Source: Geosiphon pyriformis uo1 (lineage: Eukaryota; Fungi; Glomeromycota). From it: a stretch of 64,000 nt of DNA. Every line of letters begins with the position of its first letter. Positions within the stretch are counted from its first letter, which is position 1. Below the pieces are notes generated by a model. It had not been told where the DNA came from. It ran no database searches and was given only the letters and a program-made list of their open reading frames with translations. Of the stretch, positions 39,301-51,719 are shown one piece after another. Location of the stretch: contig JAAOMT010000752.1 in NCBI GenBank assembly GCA_016748015.1, positions 318,976 through 382,975 on the forward strand, read 5' to 3'. Position numbers and translations under genes: made by a program.

Positions 39301-41074
39301 TTGTTAAATTAATTTTTTATCAACTGGTTTTATATTTAAGTTGTTAAATTTTTTTTTTGCATAATTAATTATTCAAAAAAAAACTTAAAAAAAAATTAGT
39401 TTGTGTAAAATTTTTTTTCAAATATTATTTAATAAGATAAAAAGCCAATAATTATAAAAACTTTTATGTTCATTGTATTTAAACATAAAAATAAATTAGT
39501 CATTTTTTAAATAATTCAACCAATATAAAAATAATGTATTTTATATATTATTTAATATAAATTATATAATTAATTATTAATTTCTTTATCTTTTATTTAT
39601 TTTAAAAGTTTTTGTTATAATATATTATTTACTTATTTGAATAATTTTTGGGATTAAAAATGTTTTAAGTATCTATTTATAATATAAATAGTTGATTATA
39701 TTTCTGTTAATTTTCTGATTATATTAGTCATAAACTTTTTTTATTATTGGTTTAAAGAATTTTTGAAAGTTTAAATATAGTAAAAAGTTAAAAAAAAAGC
39801 TTGTTATTTTTTGGTTTTTTAAAAAAAAAGACTATAGCCCAAAAAAATTTTGTAAAAAAATTTTAAACATAATAAATATATTTGTAAAAATTATTTAATT
39901 GATTATACATATTAATCAAGTCTATTTGTAAATAATACATGAAGTTTTTTATTAAAATTGAATTTGTAATTATTGATTAAGCTAAAAATTATTACATAAT
40001 ATATTTAATACAACAAAAATAAAACTGTTTTATTAAATTTTTAAACACTCAAGTGTATTTATTTTTAATCTATAAATAAAAAATTATTAGTATTTATTTA
40101 TATAAAAAATTAAATTAATATTATATACTATATTATAAGTTTTGTTTTTCTATATTTTATTTTTAAATAAAATTTACATAGTTTTTTATATAATTTTTTT
40201 TTAAACAGAGTAGTTTTTTTGTTTTTTTAAGATAAAATATATTTTGTTTTTTAACTTGTATAATATAAAAAATAGTATATATCTAATACTTTAATTTAGA
40301 ATCAAAGTTTTTTTTTTAGGAATATTTTTTAATATTTCAATATATTAATTTATATAATCTTAAGAAAACAAAGTTTTAGCTCATTTTTTTTTACTTTTAA
40401 TTAATAAATAGCTTTTCAAAAGATCAAAAATGTTTTTTAAGTAAGCTATTCATAATTTATTAATAATAAATAGTATTAAAAAACCATAAAAAAACACGTT
40501 AAATATTAAAACTTTAATTTTTTAATTGGTTAATTAAAAACTTTTTACTGGTCAATTAATCATATAAGATAATTGGTTAAATTAATTTGAAATCAATACA
40601 ATATTAAATTAATAATTCTGAATTAACTTAAAATTCCGAATTAACTTAAGTTGATTTAAAATCAACTTAAATTTTATTTTAATTTATAATATATATGTAA
40701 ATTAAGTTTAAAATAAATCAAATAAATATTTAAAATTGTATAAAAAATAAATTTAAGCATTAATTTTAAAGATAACTATATATAATTGTATAGATTATTT
40801 TAATTATTGAAAAAGTAAAAAAGTAATAAATAAATTATTAAAATAAAAAAATTGTTATTACTATTTATTTTTAAGTAAAAACTAATTTTAATATAAGTTT
40901 TATAAAGAAAAATAATCAAATTTATAATTAGAACACAAGAAGTAAATCGAAATTAAACAATAAACTATTTAATTAAAGAATAATCAAAATTTTTTTAAAA
41001 AGTATGGTATTGTTACCTAAATAGAAAAAATAATCTAAATAATTAGAAAAAAATATGATTGACATATAAAAACA

Positions 41075-41170
41075 CAAAATAATATAAAATAATATAAAAT
41101 AACGTAAAATAATGTAAAATAATATATAATAACACAGAATAATCCGAAAAAGCACAGAATAACTAATAAT
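41075..41170. repeat. 10-bp minisatellite (AAYRYAAAAT-like, ~9 copies)
   Basis: aatataaaat aatataaaat aacgtaaaat aatgtaaaat aatatataat aacacagaat ...; possibly within the LTR of an older element that hosts Gypsy A1. Confidence 0.7.
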
Positions 41171-41903
41171 AGCAAAAGATAATTAGTTATAATATAAAAA
41201 AACAAAACAATAACTGAAATAGTAAGTAATAGCTAATAATAATAAATAATTAAAAGCAATCTTATAGAACTAAAAATGTATAAAAAAAAGTAGTTTTAGT
41301 AAATAAAAACAAGACAGATTAGATAAAAATTGGAGTAAAATTCATATCTTATTCTTAATATTAAAGATTCTTTTTTTTTTATTAAGTTTATATTTTTAAC
41401 TTACTGAATAAAATACTATTGTTTAAACTCATAAGTCTATAATCCAAATTGTTTAATTATTATAATTTAATTATTTATTTATTTACTAAAAGCACGAATA
41501 GATTTTGAAGGTGATTTTTTGTTTTAAGTTGGATGTAATTAGCATAAATTTTTTTGGAATTTTAATAACTTAGATTAATTGTTCTTAATTATAACAATTA
41601 ACAGAACATTAACTTTTTTACTTTTTTATTTTTTTTTTATTTTTTTTATTTTTATTTTTTTTCTTCTTATGAAATGACAACATTAGAAATTTATTGTTTG
41701 AGAATAAACTTTATAATAGCTTAATAAAAAAGAAAAGTTTCTTCCAAATTTGAATATTAACTTTATTTTATTAGCTTATCAGAAAAACAAAAAATACTAC
41801 CAAACTCTAAAAACTGTATTTGACTAACTTAAAAAAAATACAAATACAACAACTTAATTATAGAAATACCATCTCTGTAACTTATAATTAAAAAACTTAA
41901 TAG

Positions 41904-42764
41904 TGTTACACTCAAAAAAATAATAATAATAGATAAACAATAAAAAAAAAACACATAATATTAAAATTGCCAACTAGAATAAAAAAAAAGAAAAAAGAAT
42001 ATTTCAAAAAATTTTGAACTTTTTAAGAAATCAAAAATTTTTTGAGAAATCCAAGATATTTCAAAAAATTAAAGATTTTTTAGAAATATTAGCAAGAAAA
42101 AAGAGATTTTTCATATAATAAAAATTATATATATATAATAATAATGTTAAAATGAAAAAAAACAAGTTCCTAAAAACAAGTAGTTAGCAACAAATTAATT
42201 ATAAAATATCTTTTCCTTTAAAAAATAGTTTTTTATATCTTAAAACAAAGTTATATTTATATTAATAAAATATTTATTTATTATTCAATTCATGTTATTC
42301 TCATTATTAAATTAAAATTGTTATTTTTTAACTCTATTAGCAACTTATGTTAATAATATCTGTTACTTAATTATATTGAACTAATAGTTTTTGATTATGG
42401 CTATTGACGAAATACGAATTTTTTTTTATTTTATTTTATTTATGTTGTTGTTTACTAAATTAATTAAAAAATTAAGCACTGAGATATTAATATCAAAAAT
42501 AGCTTGGTAAAAAACTTATAAAACAAAGATAAAAACTTAAAGATAGCTTATCAGAAAAGCATAATTGTTAGATTAAACTGGCCTTTATACTAGACAAAAA
42601 TTTGGAAAAACAACTATTAAGCAAATCTTTATTTATTATACAAAAAATTCAACCAGAATTTTCAGATCATAAAAACCTTTAGAAATCAACATTATAATTA
42701 GCTATTGAGCATCAAGTTATGAATTTGTTATTTATTTTGCTGTCCCAAATAATTATTTATAACA
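41904..42764 (+). repeat. 5' LTR of Gypsy A1 (family A)
   Basis: Homologous to 44476-45268, 51720-52523 and 61558-62375; ends ...AATAATTATTTATAACA. The 5' boundary is less certain. Confidence 0.75.
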
Positions 42765-44475
42765 TTTAGTACTTTTTGTGAGACATAATTTAACAACAAA
42801 CAAATACTAATATCAAATATCTGAAAAAATAACAAACCAAGAAATAATAGGAGAAAATTACTTAAGATTTACGAAATTTTTATTTCAATATTACCAAATT
42901 CATTTGAAACTAATAAGTAATTATTGGTTATAGAATTAACTTTTAATTTCTACATTAACAAAAAAATTGTAGATTACTTGGGAAAAAAAAAATCTAAACA
43001 CTACTATTAAGAATTTTTATAACAAATTATTACAATACACCAGTTTTTTATAAAATTATAGTTTTATTTCAATAATTACAGAAATAAATCACAAAATTGA
43101 AAAATATATCAGACAGAAATTTTTTATCACTTTTACTAACAAAAAAAAAAGAAATTACAAACTCCAACAAAAATTCTAAAGAAAATATAACTACTTACTT
43201 AAAAAAAATTAAAAGTTGTTTTACTTATATTATTATATACTCAGAAATACTATTAACATATTATTAGGATTTGCATCATTGTTAACTATAAAGATATTTA
43301 TAATTCGAGTTCTATTTCAAAACAATTAAAAAAAATTATAATTATTAAAAACTTATAGCAATTATTTTGAAAAACTAAAATTACAACCAACAACACTATT
43401 AAAACTTAGATTATTGCCACCTCAACCTAATTTTGGATCTATTAGTAATTAGATAAATATTAAATCAAAAGAAAAAAAATAGTAATCAAGAAAATAATAA
43501 CAAAAATCCAATCTCAGATAATTCAAAAAATAAAACTTCAATTGTTTAGATCCAAAAAAACCTAAATAATCTAAATTTTGCTCTTATTATTCAAAAAAAT
43601 GTATTTCTAATTATTTAGATTAATTTATTGTCAGTTATATTAATAGCTTTTTTCTATCAACAATAAATTAACTTATCTCTAAAACAAATAGCATATATAT
43701 TAAATACCAAACTTAAAAAATTTATTGGTAAAAAAAATAATATTCAAGTCCAACTAAACAATATTACAAAAGCCATTGTAGTCAATGGTTGAAATAATGT
43801 CAAAGCTTTTTAAGCAATTTTATACTTTCTACAAAATACTACTAATTTATAATATTAAAGTCTTATAAACAAATCTAATAATTTTAACATATTTAAAACT
43901 GTGTTTCTATAATATTTTAATAATTATAACAACATTAATTGTTTATTAACTGGCTTTACTACTCTTAAACAAGATAATACTGAAACAGTTATAATTTATT
44001 TAAGATGCTTTCACAAAAATTTACACCAAATTTAAGCAATCAATATTAACTATTTTACAATGTCTTAAATCTTAAATCAGTTTATCTACAGATTATATAG
44101 CAGTTTTTTGTAACAAGTATGTCTATTATACTTAAATACATTCTAAAATATAATTATTTATGTCAAAAATTTTAAATTAGTTAAGTTTAAAGTCAACTAT
44201 ATCTAAGCTATAAATTTAATAATAAACAGATTATCTAAATTAGATTTCAAACTAAAACAGTTTAGTGAAACAATTAACCAAAAAACAAAAACATATTAAA
44301 GCAGACTGCTATTTAAAAATAAATAACTTACCATTGAAAAATTAATATAAAAATTTTAATCACTAATTTCAAATTTTAAATTACATTAGTAGTTTATTAG
44401 AGCCACAACAATACTAATCTTATTATATATTAATAATATATTAGCTATTATACATATTTTCAATATATTAGATGC

Positions 44476-45268
44476 TATTATAAGTAATTATTTGAAGTGT
44501 TAGAAAAATAACAAACCTGTAATTTGGTGCTTAATAGCTAAAAATATTGGTAATTTTTGAAGGTTTGAAGTTTAAAGATTTTAGTTAAGTTTTTTGTATA
44601 ATAAACAGAGATTTAGTTAATAAGTTTTTTCATGAATTTTTTTTTTAGTATAGTGACTAGTTTATTTTGATAATTATGCCTTTCTGATAAGCTATCTTTA
44701 AGTTTTTTATCTTTGTTTCTGAATCTTTTACCAGACTATTTTTAATGTCAATTACTCAGTACTTAATCTCTTAATTAATTAGTAAACAATAAAGAAAATA
44801 AAAAAAAAATAAAAAAAAAAAAATAAAAAAAATAAAAGAAAATTAGTATTTTGTCAATAGTTGTGATCAAAAACTATTAGTTCAGTATGATTAAATATCA
44901 AATTCTATCAATATAAAATGTTAATAGTATAAAATAAATTAATATTTTTTTAATTAAGTAATGATAATATAGATTTAAATAATAATAGATGTTTTATTAA
45001 TATAAGTATAATTCTATTTTAAGTTATAAAAAACTATTTTTTGAAGAGGAATATTGTTATTTTGAACTAAATTGTCTGTTTTTTTTGTTTTTAATATTTT
45101 TTCTATATATAAATAATTCATGTTTTATGAAATTTCTTAAAATTTTTCAATTTTTTTGGCAATTTTGCAATTTCTTAAGAGAAATCCTGAAATTTCTCTT
45201 TTTACTATGTTTATTTCTAATTGATTATTTTATCGACTTATTATAATTTCTAATTTCTATGAATAACA
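44476..45268 (-). mobile_element. Solo LTR, family A, inserted in the gag region of A1
   Basis: Ends TATTATAAG...GAATAACA; homologous to the A2 LTRs; TSD ATGC (44472-44475) / ATAC (45269-45272), one G>A change. Confidence 0.88.
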
Positions 45269-47523
45269 ATACTAATATTTGTAATTTATCAAGTTTTACT
45301 GTTACAAGTAATCTATTAAACTCCCAAATTCAAACATTACTATAAAATTTAACTTTAATACTAATGAGAAACCAAAGACTAAAAATTACTTAACAAAACT
45401 AGAAATTAACAATAATTATGTATTAACTAATTTTCAGTGTTTAAACCAATACTCAAAATTGCATTAGTGAAATTTGAAAAGTAAGTATACTTAAAATCCA
45501 GATTTTCAGAGCTATTTAAGTCTATTAACAATTTCTGAAAATATCTTATTCAATAACTTAAAAGTTCAAAAATTATCTACCAACAATATTTCACCAACTA
45601 TGATAATCAAAGATGAATTACTTGCTATTATTTTTCTTTTTAAACTTAAAAACTTAGTAGAAATTTTATTATTTAGTAGAATCACTTTTAATATTAAACT
45701 AATTACTATTATATATACAAATACAAAAGTTAATAGCTATTTTATCAAACTAATTCTTAATAATAGTTTAACAGATAGTATTATTACATAATAATTTATA
45801 GACTAATTAAGTCACTAAATCAATTGAGCTGTCAATTTTAGAATTATTATTACTAATAAAACATAAAAACTTTTATTAACAAAATTGATAATTTTTTATT
45901 TAAAATTAATAGTATTATTATGTTTATCAAAGTTTTAATAATAGAAATTATATAATACTAAGCTTTAATTAATAATGACTGACTTTTTAAAACTGATAGA
46001 ATTCTTGACTAAAATATTTAAAAGCTTTAGCTTAACTATAATAATTAGCATATTTTGGTTTTAGCTATTTGTAATCACTTTAAAACCATTATCAATACAC
46101 AATTATTAATAAAGTTTAGAAAAAAAAATTTATCTGAAAAGCTATTAAGTTCTTATAAACTAAAAAAAACAACAATAAGTTATTATTAATACCTATATAG
46201 AAAAAAAAAAGATGAACTTTAAGTTATTATTTTTACAAATAAATCAATTAACAGTTGCTATGTTTTATACTTAATACTAAAACCAAGAAAACAACTATTT
46301 TACATCTTATTCAAATGCAAAGATTGTAACAAAAAGTTTTTATTTATAAAAGTTTGCATATTACCAAAAAAAAATATAAAATACATATTTGTTACTATTA
46401 CAAAACTTGTTATCAAGAATGTTTTAAATGGCCAAAACAACAAAAAAAGTAAAACAATAAATTTTGTTTTACTTACAGAAAGATTTTTTTAAATAAAAAA
46501 ATATATAACAACATTTTTGGTTGTAAAAAAACATACAATAAATTATGCCAATACATAATTCTTATTAACAATTGAATAAACAAAAAAACATCCATAGATG
46601 CTGTATAAAACAGAGTTTTTTTATATTTGAACAGTTATTTATACAACAAAAATAAAATCTAAAAAATGACAACTATTAAAATATTGAAAATTAAAAACAA
46701 CTCACCAAAACTTGTTGAATCTATTCTTATTCCAAGCCCAGATATTTTTATCAATATTATAAGTAATCTAAAACAATTTCATAAATATTATCAAGACTTA
46801 ACACTTACTAAAGAAAATAAAAATAGTATTTAGAACAGTTAAATATTACATTCTGTAATTATTATTTAATTTTATGTAATTTTAAATATTGTGATAATTA
46901 TAATTTTATTTACAATTTACTATTATCTATGATTATTAAATATTTGAAAAAAAACCAATTAGCAAATGTACATAAAAATTAGAATACCAATTATCATAAT
47001 TCAGATTTTAATAATAATAATAACAATAGTTCTAATGCTGTTCACAATAATAATAGCAATGGCAATTCAAATGTCAACTTAAATTTCAAACACTATATTG
47101 TACTTTCAAATTTTTTTATAAAGCAAGAACTTAAATGATTCAACAATAATAACAATAATATTATATCAAAATACATATATAATACTGATACAAAATTTGA
47201 TTTCAGATATTCTAAAAAGAAAGTTATTACATTAAAATCTTATTTACATATTAGCATAGATTTGAAAATTTTAACAACAATAATAGTTTGGTTAGTTTTT
47301 AAATCTAATTTAGCAAAAAAAAAATTAGTATCAAAAAAGAAATGATTAATACAAAATATATAGAAAATATTATTGTAATATTATAAAATAAATCAAAGAA
47401 AGCTTATATTATAAATCCAATAAAAAATAGCTAGACAATATTTCTGTCTTTAGTTAAGATAGTTTATTTAATGTTAATTGAAACAAGAGAAAAATTAAAG
47501 ATAACAACAAGAAAAATAAATGG

Positions 47524-48494
47524 TGTTACCAGTAGAATTTTAGCTATTAATTAGCATGAAATTACCCTCATAATTCCTATTATTAATTAACATATATTAT
47601 TACCATTTCGATTATCACTTATTATTTAATCAAATTATCAAATATTATTACTCAATCAATAATCCGATTTGTACCATAAAAATTAAGATGATCAAATTAC
47701 ACAATACCCTGAACCATTTAATATAGTCAAAATTCGCCGAAATTAATGAAAATTGGCCGAAATAATCAATAGTTCAGTGAAATAACTTGTAATTCGCCGA
47801 AATGTATCTTTAGTTCACCAAAATTGTAGCAAAGAGAAAAATGCAAGCTCAAAGACTAGTACTACAACAAGTTGTATAAAAGAAGAGCTTCTCTCTTCAA
47901 GAAAATGAATCTTTTCATATCTTATCATAGTATCTTACTTTAGATATCTTAATTGAAACAAATCACTTTTTACATATCTCAAATAAAAATTAAATATTCG
48001 AAAACCAAATCCTTTGATTATTACACTTGAAATTTTCTCAACACAAACTAACATTTTGAAATTGATTAGCTACCAATTTCAGTAATTTGTTAGTGACTCC
48101 AGGCCTGAATAGAAAATGTTTCCCTTAACATAATTCTATTTCCCTTACATTTCTTTTATTTTCTTTCACTTTTCTTATTATAATCATTAAGGTAGCCTAC
48201 AGACAAGATTCCTGTAGAAGAGTTGACTTTTACAGCAAAGTAACTACATATTTTTAGTGAGCTTCCAGACGAGCAATTCCTGGGAAAGAGTTGATGTTTA
48301 CTACAACATAACTACACAAAGTAACTGGCACGGAATTGGCCATTCCACTTATAAGCCCAGCAGTTCAAATTATAGAAGATAATTTGAAGATAAATTCAGT
48401 TATTAGAGGTTCAACTGCTTTCAGAAAACGTGAAACTAGCAACAGACAAATATTAACAACATTCAAGAAAAAAGACCAAAAACCTCTGGTAACA
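47524..48494 (+). mobile_element. Solo LTR, family B, copy 2 (least eroded), inserted in dUTPase motif 5 of A1
   Basis: Perfect 9-bp terminal inverted repeat TGTTACCAG...CTGGTAACA; perfect TSD ATGG (47520-47523 / 48495-48498); removal restores RKINGF (= RG..GFG). Confidence 0.95.
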
Positions 48495-50301
48495 ATGGAT
48501 TTAAATTAATAAATAGAATAGAATTATCAGTCAATATAGCAGAAAAAGAAATAATTAATAAGAAAAGAATTATCTCTATTTATTAATCAATTCTTATTCT
48601 ATTATAAAATTAATATATATTAACTATAAAAAAATGAAAAATCAACTTCAGATTTTTAAAATAGAACTTACTATTTGTAAATTCAGAGAAATTACTATTA
48701 CAAATTTGTACTTGCAAGCCAAAAACTATAAATACATCAAAATTTCAATCCACAATACAATTAAAAATCTAATTAAAATATCAAGTAGAATAATTATAAA
48801 ATACTTGAACACTAAAGTTGAGAACCAACTACCAACTGGTATTTTAAACTTTTTACAGCTGTGTTAATATATAAATTTAACATTATAAATAATCTGTGAA
48901 CAAAAAAAATATTATTAGTTACAATCAAAACAGTTAAAACAAATAAACTTGAAAAATCTAGACTTACTTTAATGCATATAAATTAAATTATTGTACAATT
49001 TTATAAACATATTTGCAAGTAAGAATAAATTTGGTAAAACTGACATTATCTAACATTAGATTAAGATTAAAAATACAATACTAATTAAACAAAAAGCATA
49101 CTAAATACTATTTACTAACTATAAGATTATTTATTAAAAAATTAAACATATATTAAACAATAAATTAATTTAACTATTAATAAGTTTATAGTTATCACTA
49201 GTCATACTTGTTCAAAAAAAATTGAAAGATTTGGTTTTGTGTAAACTATAAAAACTTAACAGTATTATTTATAAAAACAGTTATTTTACTCCACAAATTC
49301 AAGAATTATTTGATGCTTTTAAAGAAAAAAAATAATTTTCTACATTAAACTTAAATAGTAATTACTGATAAGTAATCATAAATTTAACCAATAAAAAAAA
49401 CAGCATTTACTATAAGAAAAAAAAACTTTAAATTTAATATTATGTCTTTTGGTTTAACTAATACCTCAATTATTTTTTAATAGTTAATGGAAATTGTTTA
49501 TACTGAATTACTATGAAAATCAGTAGTAATTTATTTAAATAATACCAATATATTCTCTAAAATATTTGATAATTATTTTTACTATCTACAACAAATGTTT
49601 GAAAAATTAAGAAAAACAGAATTAAAATTGAATACTATTAAATATTTTTTTAAAAAAACTAAACTTAAGTTTTTGAGACATATTATCAGAAAGATAGTAT
49701 TAAAACAAATTCAATAAGATTAAAATAGTCAAAAACTTTCCAGTACCAACCAATCTTATTAAACTTTGATTATTTTTGAAATTTGCTGAGTATTATTGAC
49801 ATTTTATTTACAACTTTTTTAAATTGGCTCAATTAGATTACCAACTTTAAACAAAAAACACCAAGTATGAATGAATAAAAAAACAGCAAAAAGCTTTTAA
49901 TATATTAAGAAGAAAGCTTATTCAAACTTTAGTGTTGATTTATTTAGATTATAGCAAACTATTTATTATTATTATAAATATATTCAACTAAATATTAAGA
50001 ATAGTATTATTATAAAGAAGATTAAATAAACAAAAACATTTAATAATATATGCCAACTGAAATTTGAATCCAACAGAAAAAACTATAGAATTTTAGTATT
50101 AAAATATTTGGCTATTTATTAGATTGTTATTAAATAAAAAAATATTTAAGTTAAAAATTTAATATATATATTAATTACAAAGAATTAACATTATTTCAAA
50201 AACAAAAATTTAAAGACAATTAACATGTTAAATAAAAAATAAAACTATTATTTTTTTAATATATACTATATAAAAAAAAAGTAAAAATACTAATAGCTTG
50301 T

Positions 50302-51409
50302 TAAGATTTTAATGTTTAGTTTGGTTTGGTTTAAGTTTAATTAAATTACTGAACTAAATTAAATTCAAACAGAAAATTTGACAAAATTTTAAACTCAAAC
50401 TTAAATCAGATTTAAAATTACTAAACTTAAATCAAACTTAAATACATATAACAAGTCTGGTTTAAGTTCAGTTTAACATATTTAAGTTCAACTATTAAAA
50501 ATATTATATTATACTATATTATTATTTAATTTTTCTTTTAATAGTTTCTGCATTCATAATCAAAAACACTGTGCTGCTTTTATAGTTTTAGACACTAAAT
50601 AAAATTTTATATCTGTAATTATATTTTTATCTGCAGAAAAAACCAAATAGTAATCATGTTATAAAATTTTTTATTATTAATATTGAAATTAAAATAGTTT
50701 TCTAGTTAGATTGGCCAAAAATCATAAAAAAAAATAGCAATTTTATTGTTAAAACATTTTTTCAATTGATTTGTAATCTTTCTAAAAATTTTGTTTTTTC
50801 TTATAATATTTTTTTATTGTAAAATATATTGTTCAGTAAAAAGCTTCTAAATAGTACTATAAAGGTTTGATAATATCTGTAGTTTTACAAAAAAATGGTT
50901 TATACACATATTTTAAAACTGTATATTTAGCTTTTTTTTTTATTTACTCAAACTTATTAAAATAGTTTTATATTTATTCTAAAAACTATGTTTACCAAAC
51001 ATATTAATATTTAAATTATTTGGGTTATTAAATTTTGTTATTTCAAATTTTAAATATTCAGTAACATTAAATAATACTAACAATAAATTTATTTTATTAA
51101 GTTAGAAAGTAGAGTTGTTATATATACATAATTTTATATACTTTTTTAATTAATTATAGTAATTAAACAAAGTAATAATTAATAAACAAATAGTACAAGT
51201 TATATCTTTTTTTAATTCCATTAAACTTGAACAAATTTATAAATTTCAAACCAAACTTAAACTAAATTCAGACTTGTTAAAAAAGTTCAATATCAAACTT
51301 GAATTAAATTTATTTTGAAAAATTGGTTTAGTTTAAGTCTGATTTATAATTCGAATTAAACTTGAACAACATCTAAAGTTTGGTTTGGTTTGGTTTAATT
51401 AAAATCTTA
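50302..51409 (-). mobile_element. Non-autonomous hAT element inserted at the end of the RNase H of A1
   Basis: 11-bp TIR TAAGATTTTAA...TTAAAATCTTA; 8-bp TSD TAGCTTGT / TAGTTTGT; GGTTT/AAACC subterminal repeats; minus-strand dimerisation-domain relic at ~50720-50560 (LANLTRK..FSADKNIITD....LVSKTIKAAQCF). Confidence 0.9.
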
Positions 51410-51719
51410 TAGTTTGTCATGCATAAAACAAATCTAGAATATTTCAACCAGAAAAATAAATCAAAAGATGAATACACAAAAATATTAACAACTCTAATAT
51501 TATATTAATATCCAATAGTTCAAAAAGAAATTATCTCAAAAAAACAAAACAACATAAAACAACAATTAAAATGTTTTATTATTTACCAAAATATACTATA
51601 TTAAAAAAACAGAAAAAAACTAAACCATTAACTTAAAGTTATTACAGAATTAGAAAAAAAACAATACTGTTTAACATGTATTCAGATTCAACAACAAGAT
51701 ACTTTTATAAAAAAACTAT

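Larger units (their letters stand above)
36392..40691 (-). mobile_element. Ginger-type (Gypsy-like integrase, KRBA2/SCAND3-like) DNA transposon, eroded
   Basis: ~200-bp TIRs starting TGTTA (36392-~36590 / ~40493-40691); flanks TAAA/TATA (imperfect 4-bp TSD). Minus-strand DDE core relics at ~39950-39580 (LQIDLINM, KIL*TNNKKKF = LQTDNGKEF, IINRYLKHF*SQKLFK*VN = INGRPRHPQSQGLVERAN). C-terminal SLCEAVLCQS..NCKKSCRTN..KKVGVLCS Cys-rich tail is split by the nested element. Confidence 0.85.
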
